Of a stretch of DNA of 64,000 nt, positions 54,284 through 63,217 are shown one piece after another (within the stretch, counting starts at the first letter, position 1; each line of letters starts with the position of its first letter). The stretch spans positions 8,498-72,497 of the forward strand of contig JAIFKS010000010.1 in NCBI GenBank assembly GCA_020049465.1. The letters are read 5' to 3'. A model generated the notes under the pieces. That model made no database searches and was not told the DNA's origin. It was given only the letters and a program-made list of their open reading frames with translations. The stretch comes from a bacterium (GTDB lineage Bacteria; Krumholzibacteriota; Krumholzibacteriia; LZORAL124-64-63). The translations under genes were made by a program, and so were the position numbers.

Positions 54284-57200
54284 ATGTCGCGTAAACATTC
54301 ACACTATTTTGCTCTGGGTTTGGTGGGCCTGGTGCTGGCTGCGGCCGTACCCGGATTCGCCATGAAAGTGGATCCCGGGCTGACGGCAGCCCTGGCCGGC
54401 AAGGCCGCGGACGCGCGCGTGCCGGTCCTGGTGATCTACGGCGACAGCCATCGGTTGCCCGAGTCGTTTCTGGCGCAGCTGGAGGGTCTGACTCCGGAAC
54501 AGCGCCGTGACCAGGTCGTGGCCGAGCTGAAGGCACGGACGCGGGAAGCCCAGAGCGGAGCCGTATCGCTGCTGAACAGCGCCGGGCTGAGCGGTCAGGT
54601 CGACCGGCTGCACGAAATCTATCTGGCCGGCGCGATATCGTTCGAAGGCACCGCCGCCGTGGTCAACGCCCTGGGCGCCCTGCCCGATGCGGCCACCATG
54701 TACCACGACAGCGAACGTGCGACCTATGACGCCGTGCGTCCGGCCGACGACGGCCGCTCGTTCGTCCCGACATCCACGGACACCGCGTGGAGCGTGAAGT
54801 ACATCAACGCCCACAAGGTCTGGACCCAGCTCGGATTCGACGGCACCGGCGTCGTCGTCGGCCATATCGATACCGGTGTGTGGCTGACCCACCCCGACCT
54901 GGCGGGCGGCATCTGGAACAATCCGGGTGAAATCGCCGGCAACGGCATCGACGATGACAACAACGGCTTCATCGACGACTGGCGCGGCTGGGATTTCGGC
55001 GATAACGACAACAACCCGAACGATGATTCGCCGACCGGCGGCCACGGCACGCACACGGCCGGCACGGTGATCGGCGACGGCACGGGCGCGGTGCAGACCG
55101 GCGTGGCTCCGGGCGCCAAGCTGATACCGATGAAGTTGTGGAACGCGGCGGGTTCCGGCGGCAGCCTGGGTATGGTCTGGGCGGCCGAACAGTACTGTGT
55201 CGAGAACGGCGCCCGCGTCATCACGATGTCGCTGGGCTTCGAGGGCGACCTTCCCGCCAGCTACATGCGGGCCGAGCGCGACGTCTGCGTCAATCTCCGC
55301 AATGCCGGCGTCCTGATGTTCAATTCGGCCGGCAATGCGCACGCCACCTACAACCCGCCGATCGAGCTGGGCCTCACGGCCCGCGTGCCCGCGCCCTGGA
55401 TCGCCGGCGCGGTGCCGTACACGAGCACCGGCGGCGTCGTTTCGGTCGGCGGCACCGGCTACCTGACGAACGGCGTGTATGCCTCTTCGTCGTGGGGACC
55501 GGCCAAGTGGGACAACGTCGACCCCTACAACGACTGGCCGTACCTGCCCGGCACCGGCCTGACCAAACCCGATATCTGCGCCCCGGGCGTGAACGTGAAC
55601 TCGACGGTCACCGGCGGCGGCTACAGCGGCAACACCTGGAGCGGCACCTCGATGTCGTGCCCGCACGTGGCCGGCGTCGCCGCCCTGATGCTGCAGAAGA
55701 ATGCCTCGCTTTCGCCCGCCGGCCTGGACTCGCTCATGGAGCAGACCGCTCTGGGGCTGGGCGCCGCCGGCAAGGACAACGTCTTCGGCTCCGGCCTGAT
55801 CAACGCGCTGCTGGCCGTGCAGGCCGTGCCCGCCGTCCAGAGGCCCGACATCACCGTGGTCAGCTTCCTGCCCGACCCCACCGGCGACACGATCCTCGAT
55901 CCCGGTCAGATCAACGAGGTCGCCTTCGAGCTGCGCAACGCCAGCCACTTGGTGGCCGGCACTTCGGTCACGGCCGGTTTGACGATCGCGGCCAACCCGT
56001 GGATCACCATCGCCGACGGCTCCGCCACCTTCCCGGACCTGGCGACCAACGACGGCACCGGCGACAATCTTGCCGACACGTTCGGCCTGAACATCGCCGC
56101 CGGAACTCCCCAGGGCTACGCCTTCACGCTGAAGCTGACCATCATGGCCGCGGATGGCTTCCAGCGTACCATCGACTACGATTGGTACGTCGGACTGCCG
56201 GCCTACCGCACGCACGACCTGGGCGGCATCAAGCTGACCGTGACCGACCAGGGCATCATCGGCGCCATGTCCGATGCCGTCGCCGAGGGCTCGGGCATGA
56301 GCTACCAGAGCGGAGCCAGCGGCCTGTTCGTGGGCTCGTTCTGGGCCGGCACCGATCGCAACTACGTCTGTGCCCGCGATTTCGGCGGCAACGGGCTCGA
56401 GACCTACGAATGGGTCGAGACGTCGACGCCCAATGGCCGCGTGAAGGATCTGGGCGCCACCGGCTCGGACCAGACCTTCCGGGCCGTCTTCAGCGACGCC
56501 GGCCATGCCGCGCCGAAGCCGCTGCAGGTGGAACAGACCAGCATGACGTTCGCGCTTCCGAACGACGATCGCTTCGTCATCCTGGAGTACCGCCTGACCA
56601 ACAACAGCGCGACGGCGTTTCCGGCGATGTACAACGGCGTTTACTGCGACTTCGACATCGTCGATTCGGCGGCCAATCTCGGCGCCACCGACGCCTCGAG
56701 GAAGCTGACCTACATGTACGTCGCGGGCGGGCCGTACTTCGGCATCGCGCTGCTGGGCAGCGCTCCGGCGACGAACCTGACGTTCATCAACAACGAGACC
56801 TACGTCTATCCAAATGCCACGATCGACAACGCCAACCGCTTCCCGTTCCTGCGGGCGACGTTGACCGTGCCGACCACGCCTGCCGCCGACGACTGGTCGG
56901 CGCTCACCTCGAGCGTCGTCGATCTGCCGGCCAACGGCGGCCAGGCCGTCGTGACCTACGCTCTGGTCTACGGCGCGACGCTGGCCGACCTGCAGCAGGC
57001 CACCGACGCCGCCAACGCGCTGTACTCGCCGGTGGCTCCGGTTACGGACGAACTGCCGGTCAAAGTGCTGCACCTGGCGCAGAACCACCCCAATCCGTTC
57101 AACCCCGTCACGAACATCGATTTCGTGCTGGCGCGCGACGGACAGGTGAAGCTCGAGGTCTTCGACGTGTCGGGGCGCCATGTGCGCACCCTGGTGGACG

Positions 57201-57340
57201 AGTCCCGCGCCGCGGGTCCGCACACCGCGCGTTGGGACGGTCTTGACGACAACGGCAGCCAGGCGCCGTCCGGCACCTATTTCTGCCGGATGACGACCGA
57301 CGGGTCGACGTCTTCGCGGAAAATGACGCTCGTGAAATAG
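54284..57340 (+). CDS. Secreted S8 subtilisin-family serine peptidase (large, ~1018 aa) with C-terminal T9SS-type/FlgD-Ig-like domain
   Basis: ATG 54284 with GGAGGAAGGG SD; signal peptide MSRKHSHYFALGLVGLVLAAAVPGFA. D/H/S motifs VVGHIDTGV, HGTHTAGTV, GTSMSCPHVAGVAALMLQ. C-terminus NPFNPVTNIDFVL...LEVFDVSGRHVRTLVDE...HTARWDGLDDNGSQAPSGTYFCRM...KMTLVK. Confidence 0.85.
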   Translation: MSRKHSHYFALGLVGLVLAAAVPGFAMKVDPGLTAALAGKAADARVPVLVIYGDSHRLPESFLAQLEGLTPEQRRDQVVAELKARTREAQSGAVSLLNSAGLSGQVDRLHEIYLAGAISFEGTAAVVNALGALPDAATMYHDSERATYDAVRPADDGRSFVPTSTDTAWSVKYINAHKVWTQLGFDGTGVVVGHIDTGVWLTHPDLAGGIWNNPGEIAGNGIDDDNNGFIDDWRGWDFGDNDNNPNDDSPTGGHGTHTAGTVIGDGTGAVQTGVAPGAKLIPMKLWNAAGSGGSLGMVWAAEQYCVENGARVITMSLGFEGDLPASYMRAERDVCVNLRNAGVLMFNSAGNAHATYNPPIELGLTARVPAPWIAGAVPYTSTGGVVSVGGTGYLTNGVYASSSWGPAKWDNVDPYNDWPYLPGTGLTKPDICAPGVNVNSTVTGGGYSGNTWSGTSMSCPHVAGVAALMLQKNASLSPAGLDSLMEQTALGLGAAGKDNVFGSGLINALLAVQAVPAVQRPDITVVSFLPDPTGDTILDPGQINEVAFELRNASHLVAGTSVTAGLTIAANPWITIADGSATFPDLATNDGTGDNLADTFGLNIAAGTPQGYAFTLKLTIMAADGFQRTIDYDWYVGLPAYRTHDLGGIKLTVTDQGIIGAMSDAVAEGSGMSYQSGASGLFVGSFWAGTDRNYVCARDFGGNGLETYEWVETSTPNGRVKDLGATGSDQTFRAVFSDAGHAAPKPLQVEQTSMTFALPNDDRFVILEYRLTNNSATAFPAMYNGVYCDFDIVDSAANLGATDASRKLTYMYVAGGPYFGIALLGSAPATNLTFINNETYVYPNATIDNANRFPFLRATLTVPTTPAADDWSALTSSVVDLPANGGQAVVTYALVYGATLADLQQATDAANALYSPVAPVTDELPVKVLHLAQNHPNPFNPVTNIDFVLARDGQVKLEVFDVSGRHVRTLVDESRAAGPHTARWDGLDDNGSQAPSGTYFCRMTTDGSTSSRKMTLVK

Positions 57341-57483
57341 GGTCCGGCAGCGGACGTGGACAATCGGGTGGCGGGCGGTCCCTGCGCTTTCGGCGCCGCG
57401 GACAGCCCGCCACCCGTTCGTTCCAGGACTGGCGAAGCGCAGGGCCGGGCAGCGTTCGCTTTGCCGGCTCCCTTCCCGAACCG

Positions 57484-59526
57484 CTACTTGGTCAGCGTGA
57501 TCTTCACCGTCCGGCTTGCGCCGTCGGCGGTCGTCAGGCGCACCATGTAGACGCCCGAGGCGACGGAACCGCCGCCGGCGTCCTTGCCGTCCCAGGCCAC
57601 CTCATGGCGACCGGCGTCGATGTTCCCCTGGTAGAGCGTGCGCACGAGCTGACCACGCACGTCGTGGATCCTGATCGTCACTTCGCCTGCCCGCATCGCC
57701 TCGAGCCACACCGTCATGCTCGGGTTGAACGGGTTGGGCGAGACCCCGGCGATGCCGATCATGGGCGCCACGGCGCGGGAGCCGGGTTCGCCGGGAACGG
57801 CGCTGGCAGCCAGCGGCGGCAGCACGTTGCGGTAGTCGGGGCCGGCATGGAGCAACGGATCGAAATTCGTGCGGGAATGGGCGATCCGCAGTCGGCTGCC
57901 GACCTCGAGGCCGGCAAAGGGAGGCGTCGCGGTCTCGGCCCACTCGCCCGATAGCGGTTCCCGGGCGAATGCCCTGGTGAGGTTCGTTGCTCCGTCGACC
58001 ACGTACACGATGTCGCCGTCGCCCACCGACACGTCGCGCGGTCGCGCAACGAGGTTGCGGCCGATGACTTCCACGCCGCCCAGGGCATCGAGCCGGAAGA
58101 CGGCCGGGGATAGTTCGCTGGTGAGGATCAGCGCTCCATCCACCGGACTCACCGCCAGCGAGCCCGCCCCGCCGAGGTCCACCCCGGACGGGATGGTGAT
58201 CGCCGGGCGGGCGGCCAGGGTTCGCGGGTCGTAGGGCAGCACGCTGCCGTCGCACAGGGCGAGGACCAGATCGTTCACGTCATCGATCGCCAGGTCGGTG
58301 CACGGCAGGGGAGGCTGGATCGAGGCGATTTCCACCGGAACACCGTCGCCCAGTTCCCAGCAGCGCAAAGTGCGTCCGTCCAGCACGTAGAGGCGTCCGA
58401 ACCGGTCGATCTCCAGGGCAACCGGATCGTCGAGCGGGGCCAGATCCGTATACTCGCCGGTCGCCGGGTCGAAGCGCCAGAGCCTGGCCGGTGCCACCCC
58501 CGCCACCGCCTCGGTGGCCAGGAAAACGGATGGCGACACGGCATCACCGACGATGCCGACGATCGGTGCGCCGAGCGGTGCCGCGATGGCGGTCTGCGTC
58601 GGGCTGTTGTCGAAGGAGAACCGGACGGGCTTGATCATGAAGAACTGCGTGCCGTCGTGGGAGGTCGCCAGGCCGGACACGGGGCGGATCGCGAAGTAGC
58701 CGTCGATGTAGCCGGAACCGTAGTCGAGGACCTTGTCCACGATCCGGGGAAGTCCCATGGCGACCCGCACCCGCCGTCCGATACTATATGTGCGCACGCT
58801 CGGCGCCGACTGCGCGTCGAGGTCACCGTCGTCGGCGGGGTCGTGTATGGTGAGCCAGCGCTGGTCGCCGGAGCGTTCGACCTTGACCACGCTGAACATG
58901 TGTCCGCCGTCCCTCACGATGGTGGTGCCGTCGTCGTCGTACCAGCCGACCCCGCCCATCACCGGCACGCCCATGTTCACCCAGCTCGCGATCCCGTCAA
59001 AGCTCGGCGTATTGGCCTCCAGCCAGACGAAGTTGATGGTGAAGAAGTATCCGCTGCCGGTTTCGTTCAGCCACCCTTGCAGTCCCTCCCATGCCTCGAA
59101 GCCGTCGGTCCCGTTGATCGCGTTGGTCTGCATGAGCGAACTCATGAGGCTGAGCGCCGAGTTGACGGTCGGGTAGGAATCCTCGGAGTGCCACTCCTGC
59201 CGGGTGAGATCGCCCGGCTCGATGAACGGGTAGCCGTGGTGGGCGATGTAGGCCATCCAGTTCAGGGCAGCGGTCGGGACGCAGAGCATCGCCCCGTCGT
59301 TCATGAAATCGTCCCGGCGCTGGTCGAAATCCGGCACGAGGCTGAACTCGGCCGAGTAGACCAGCGGCGTCAGGTACTGCTGACTCCAGTTGGCCTGGAC
59401 GGCTGGGACGAGCACCAGGGCGGCGCAGACGAGCACCAGGGCTGACAAAGCGACGGCCCCGCGGGTCGTCCGGGCCGCCGGGCGACAAAACCGGCCGATG
59501 GGGCCCATGGTATGCGATCGGAGCAT
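57484..59526 (-). CDS. Secreted protein with N-terminal papain-fold (C39-like Cys...His) putative peptidase domain, beta-propeller-like middle region and C-terminal T9SS-type/FlgD-Ig-like domain
   Basis: ATG 59526 with GGAGGA SD; signal peptide ...GAVALSALVLVCAALVLVPAVQA. Candidate catalytic Cys in GAMLCVPTAALNWMAYIAHHGY and His in DGGHMFSVVKV. C-terminus NPFNPSMTVWLEA...VTIRIHDVRGQLVRTLYQG...HEVAWDGKDAGGGSVASGVYMVRL...KITLTK. Confidence 0.6.
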   Translation of the reverse strand: MLRSHTMGPIGRFCRPAARTTRGAVALSALVLVCAALVLVPAVQANWSQQYLTPLVYSAEFSLVPDFDQRRDDFMNDGAMLCVPTAALNWMAYIAHHGYPFIEPGDLTRQEWHSEDSYPTVNSALSLMSSLMQTNAINGTDGFEAWEGLQGWLNETGSGYFFTINFVWLEANTPSFDGIASWVNMGVPVMGGVGWYDDDGTTIVRDGGHMFSVVKVERSGDQRWLTIHDPADDGDLDAQSAPSVRTYSIGRRVRVAMGLPRIVDKVLDYGSGYIDGYFAIRPVSGLATSHDGTQFFMIKPVRFSFDNSPTQTAIAAPLGAPIVGIVGDAVSPSVFLATEAVAGVAPARLWRFDPATGEYTDLAPLDDPVALEIDRFGRLYVLDGRTLRCWELGDGVPVEIASIQPPLPCTDLAIDDVNDLVLALCDGSVLPYDPRTLAARPAITIPSGVDLGGAGSLAVSPVDGALILTSELSPAVFRLDALGGVEVIGRNLVARPRDVSVGDGDIVYVVDGATNLTRAFAREPLSGEWAETATPPFAGLEVGSRLRIAHSRTNFDPLLHAGPDYRNVLPPLAASAVPGEPGSRAVAPMIGIAGVSPNPFNPSMTVWLEAMRAGEVTIRIHDVRGQLVRTLYQGNIDAGRHEVAWDGKDAGGGSVASGVYMVRLTTADGASRTVKITLTK

Positions 59527-59641
59527 GTCTTTCCTCCAGCTGTCCCGAAGCGGGCGCAGGGTATCGGGTTTCACAAAGGCAAGCGCGGGGATCGGCTGCT
59601 GGAGCCGCGAGGGGCGCTCTAGAGGATAACGCAGAAATGGG

Positions 59642-59906
59642 TCAGATCGGGTCATGTATTCGGAAAAGGCCCGGAAAGACCTGGGTGAGGTCGAGGCGGG
59701 AAAGCAGCCGTCTCAGGTCAACGGCCAGGTCGTCCGCGTGCTGATAACGGCGTTCTGGCTCCTTCGCCAGGCACCTGCCGACGGTTGCGTCAAGTTCAGG
59801 CGAAAGGCCGGTGCGGAGCGCGGTCCTCGGCGCGGAAGACCACGCCCATCCCGCCGGAGCCGAGTTCCGAGAGGATCCGGTAGTGGGACACGGTGCGGCC
59901 GATCAC
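59642..59906 (-). pseudogene. Degraded Ser/Thr protein kinase gene: Gly-loop segment fused out of frame to kinase subdomain XI, with the catalytic core deleted
   Basis: Frame a: ...[36 protein letters not shown]. Frame a+1 continues ...[42 protein letters not shown]...*. The second frame ends inside the start of the downstream gene. Confidence 0.5.
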
Positions 59907-60011
59907 ACGGTGCTCCCTGCTGTTGGCAACCCGTGCGGCGCTTGTCGGTCGAGGCGAAGCGGCAACGTCGCGCCCGCCGGACCCGTCATGCACGCGACGC
60001 GCGGATCGGAG

Positions 60012-60025
60012 TTGCGCCGGCGCAA
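60012..60025. repeat. 14-bp palindrome TTGCGCCGGCGCAA
   Basis: Read directly; 110 bp upstream of the ROK kinase start, within the divergent intergenic region. Confidence 0.9.
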
Positions 60026-60134
60026 TTCCGCAGGCGCGGATTCTCCATGCGGGTAGCCTGACGAAGGACGTGGTACGATCACCGGGGGCAGGTCAGGCCC
60101 ATGCTGCAGACGTCCGCAACCGGAGGCGCAGATC

Positions 60135-61178
60135 TTGAGCGAGAGAATCTTCATCGGCACGGACAGTGGCGCGACCACCACCAAGTTCTGCGCGGTCTAC
60201 GAGAATGGCGAGACGGTGTCCACCCGGGTGCTCCAGCGACCCACGAATTCACAGGATGGCCGCGAGGCGGTCATCAACGGCTGGATCGCGGGCATCGGCG
60301 AGTTCCTCGCACAGAATGACCTGCAGTGGCCGCAGGTTCACGGCGTGGGGTTGGCGATTCCGGGGCCTTACGAGCGCTACGGCGTTTGGGGGAAATCGCC
60401 CAACCTCCCCGCCCATTTCTGCGGCTGGGATGTCCATCAGGATTTCAGCGAGGCGCTGGCCGGACCGATCGGCCGCCACGTCCCGCTGTCGGTCGGCAAT
60501 GACGGCAATTACGGCGGCGTGGCCGAGGCGCAGCTGGCGCGCGGCAGGACCCGCGCCTCGGTGGCGATGCTCATGCCCGGTTCCGGGCTCGGGGCGGCGT
60601 TCGTCGGCGCCGATGGCCTCTGCCTCGATGGCGACACGCTGGCCGGCATGGAAGCCGGCCACATGCCCGTGCCGCTGCAACTGCTGGGACTGACCGGCAA
60701 GCCCCTCGCCTGCGGCTGCGGCCGCGATTGGGGCTGCGTGGAGGCGTACACCTCCATTTCCGGCCTGGGACAATTGCTGGCGATTTTCAGCCAGCGCCAC
60801 CCGGATCATGAGCTCGCCAGGTCGGGTGCCCCCCTCAAGGACCAGGTGCTTTCGCTCCGCAGCCGCGCGCAGGAAGGTGATGCGCTGGCGCTGGAGATCT
60901 TCGATTTCCAGGCCCAGGTCATGGGCATTCACGTCGCCAACCTGGTCATGGCCCTGGATCCGGGCATCTTCATCATCGGCGGCGGGTTGATGGATCACGA
61001 AGCCACGACGCCGGAGTTCCGGGAGCGATACCTGAATCTCATCGAGAAGGCGGCCCGACCCTATCTCTGGCCGCAACAGCGCGAGACGCTGAAGATCGTG
61101 CCGGCGGAACTGGGCGAGCTTTCCCAGGCCATCGGCGCGGCCCTGGTGGCGCTGTATCGCAGCCGGACGATGGCCTGA
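60135..61178 (+). CDS. ROK-family sugar kinase (glucokinase / N-acetylglucosamine kinase-like)
   Basis: TTG start with GGAGG 8 nt upstream. IFIGTDSGATTTKF (ATP-binding N-terminus), CGCGRDWGCVEAY zinc motif, GGGL. 347 aa. Confidence 0.8.
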   Translation: MSERIFIGTDSGATTTKFCAVYENGETVSTRVLQRPTNSQDGREAVINGWIAGIGEFLAQNDLQWPQVHGVGLAIPGPYERYGVWGKSPNLPAHFCGWDVHQDFSEALAGPIGRHVPLSVGNDGNYGGVAEAQLARGRTRASVAMLMPGSGLGAAFVGADGLCLDGDTLAGMEAGHMPVPLQLLGLTGKPLACGCGRDWGCVEAYTSISGLGQLLAIFSQRHPDHELARSGAPLKDQVLSLRSRAQEGDALALEIFDFQAQVMGIHVANLVMALDPGIFIIGGGLMDHEATTPEFRERYLNLIEKAARPYLWPQQRETLKIVPAELGELSQAIGAALVALYRSRTMA

Positions 61179-61222
61179 TCTTTCAAGCACGGGACGACAG
61201 CCGCCCGTCACCGCGCGCCGGC

Positions 61223-62332
61223 TCACCGCCCCCCGGGATCATCACCATACACCGCCCTCACCGTGAAGTGACCGTACTGCGGGTAATCGGCCGGCGGCAC
61301 GAGAGGATCGTACAACTCCGCCGCCTGGTGGTTCATCAGGTACGTGCCGTCCCAGACAAAGGCGAGGGAATCGGCGAAGAGCGTGTGGACCTCTTCTCCC
61401 GCATGGAACGGCTCTTCCATGGGGAAGCGGAGTAGCCCTTTGCCGAGGTCGAACATGGATACGTCAGCGATGTCCACCAGGCCATCCGGGCCGGCGAGTC
61501 CCGAGTTGTCGCACTGGTCGAGGCCGAACAGGTGAATGTAGGGCAGGCCGTTCTCGTCCTCGGTGGGAAACGCTGAAAGCGCATCTCCCTCGATCGACAG
61601 CCGGAACGAGTCCGGATCGATGTTGGCCCGGCCGAGCGAATAAATGTTTCTGAACACGTAGTGGAACGGATGGATCGCCGTGGTCGCGGGAGCCTTGAGC
61701 AGCTTCGCGCGATGGTAGAAGTGCTCCTCGCCGGGGATCTCCGTCGATGGGGGAGCGTGGAGCACGTCGCCGATCCGGTAGAGGATGGAGCCGCCGAGGT
61801 CCTCGACATCGTAGCACACCGCCAGCACGTCGGCGTCCGCCAGTTCGGCGCGCAGGTCGATCCCCAGCAGGTTCCCGTCCATGTCCAGCAAGGGGTCGTA
61901 AGCGACGATCTCCCGCCAGAGATACCCGTACACCGAAGGCGCAGCGAAATCGTTGGGCGGGCAGCCGGGCTTCGTCCAGAACACGCCCGTCGTGTCGGTG
62001 TAGGCGGCGAGGTAGGCGATATCCACGGGCTGGGGCTCGGTCCCTGGTGGCAACAATCGGAAGACGTGGATCGAAGTGAAACGGATGCGCTCCTGGGACT
62101 CGTCGCGCCCCGGCACATCGTGCACGCTCCGGCCGTCCGAATCCGCCAGGTCCAGGCGGAAGAAGCGGTTGTTCAGGTAGCGGTCCGAAGTGAAGACGTA
62201 CTCCGTCTCGGCAGGTACCGGCGGCGCGGGAGGCGGATCATCGTCGCATCCGCACAGGAGCACGGCGGTGGCGGCCAGTGCGAGCACCCCGGCCAGGACG
62301 CGCGACGGCCCATCGACGATGCGTGGATTCAT
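61223..62332 (-). CDS. Hypothetical lipoprotein
   Basis: ATG 62332; lipobox VLALAATAVLLCGCDDD. The rest is Asp/Pro/Tyr-rich with no known motif. Track N-terminus trimmed. Confidence 0.55.
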   Translation of the reverse strand: MNPRIVDGPSRVLAGVLALAATAVLLCGCDDDPPPAPPVPAETEYVFTSDRYLNNRFFRLDLADSDGRSVHDVPGRDESQERIRFTSIHVFRLLPPGTEPQPVDIAYLAAYTDTTGVFWTKPGCPPNDFAAPSVYGYLWREIVAYDPLLDMDGNLLGIDLRAELADADVLAVCYDVEDLGGSILYRIGDVLHAPPSTEIPGEEHFYHRAKLLKAPATTAIHPFHYVFRNIYSLGRANIDPDSFRLSIEGDALSAFPTEDENGLPYIHLFGLDQCDNSGLAGPDGLVDIADVSMFDLGKGLLRFPMEEPFHAGEEVHTLFADSLAFVWDGTYLMNHQAAELYDPLVPPADYPQYGHFTVRAVYGDDPGGR

Positions 62333-62505
62333 GAGAGCAGCCTTTCCGGGGAGCAGGACATCCAACCACCCGCTTCTCCCCATCCCCCCGTTCGTCGCCC
62401 ACTCATCTTGACACGAGCGCACCCCGCCGGTCAATCAGCCGGCCCCAATCCACCCGCGATCGCGCCGTCCCGCTTCGCACCACGCGTACCTGGCCTGGTC
62501 GTGGA

Positions 62506-62850
62506 TCACTCCCAGCCGTCGCCTGCCTCCGCCGTCTGGTCCATCTCCGGCCAATCGGTGCCGGCAACGGTCTGGTCGAACCCGAACGCGAGCTGCGGCG
62601 GCGAGCGCGCCGGCAGCACCTTGGGCGGCTGCGTGGGCTCGCCGATGTGATCGAGGATGCGCTCGATCGTCGGGCGGTCCAGCACGAAGGCGATGATCCG
62701 CATCGGCTCGCCGCACTTCGGGCATCGCAAAGGGAGGCATTCGTAGATGCGCAGACTGTGCAACTGAGCGAGCCCGCCGTCGTGGCGCGCTGCGCGGGCA
62801 AGGTCGAGCCGGGTCGGCGCCATCGCGTCAGGCTCGTGTCGGCACGGCAC
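62506..62850 (-). mobile_element. C-terminal fragment (114 codons) of an IS91-like (Y2 / rolling-circle) transposase
   Basis: ...LRIYECLPLRCPKCGEPMRIIAFVLDRPTIERILDHIGEPTQPPKVLPARSPPQLAFGFDQ... has the C-terminal Zn-ribbon CPxCGxxMxIIA...I..IL.HxG pattern I associate with IS91/ISCR-family transposases. No N-terminal catalytic part present. The 3' ~120 bp is repeated at 40496-40625. Confidence 0.45.
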
Positions 62851-62858
62851 GCTGGAAT

Positions 62859-62936
62859 TTGCGCCGGCGCAAGTCGGTGAGCACGGCGGGTCCCACGCGG
62901 AAGCATTACGCGGCCGCGATAGTTGCGCCGGCGCAA
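62859..62936. repeat. Pair of perfect 14-bp palindromes TTGCGCCGGCGCAA (62859-62872 and 62923-62936), 50 bp apart
   Basis: Read directly; immediately upstream of the transposase-fragment ORF. Confidence 0.9.
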
Positions 62937-63217
62937 CTGACCGTCGGCATCACCGCCTCCCACCGCCGAATGGCGCCAGGTTGCGCGTGCGCCTAACGGC
63001 CGTGGCGCCCCGCTGAACGTTTGTCGAAGCCGCGCAGCGCCGGCACCTGAAATGCGGCCTCCGGGCAATCTTCCTGGTGCGGTCGAGACGACGATCCGCC
63101 AGGGCAGTCCCGGCGCGCCACTGGGCGCCCGATTCGGCGCCGTCGGCCTACAGACAGTGAAAATGGACGCGGCCGGCGTTGGCGTTGAGGTTGCTGGGAT
63201 TGGCGTGGTGCGCGAGT

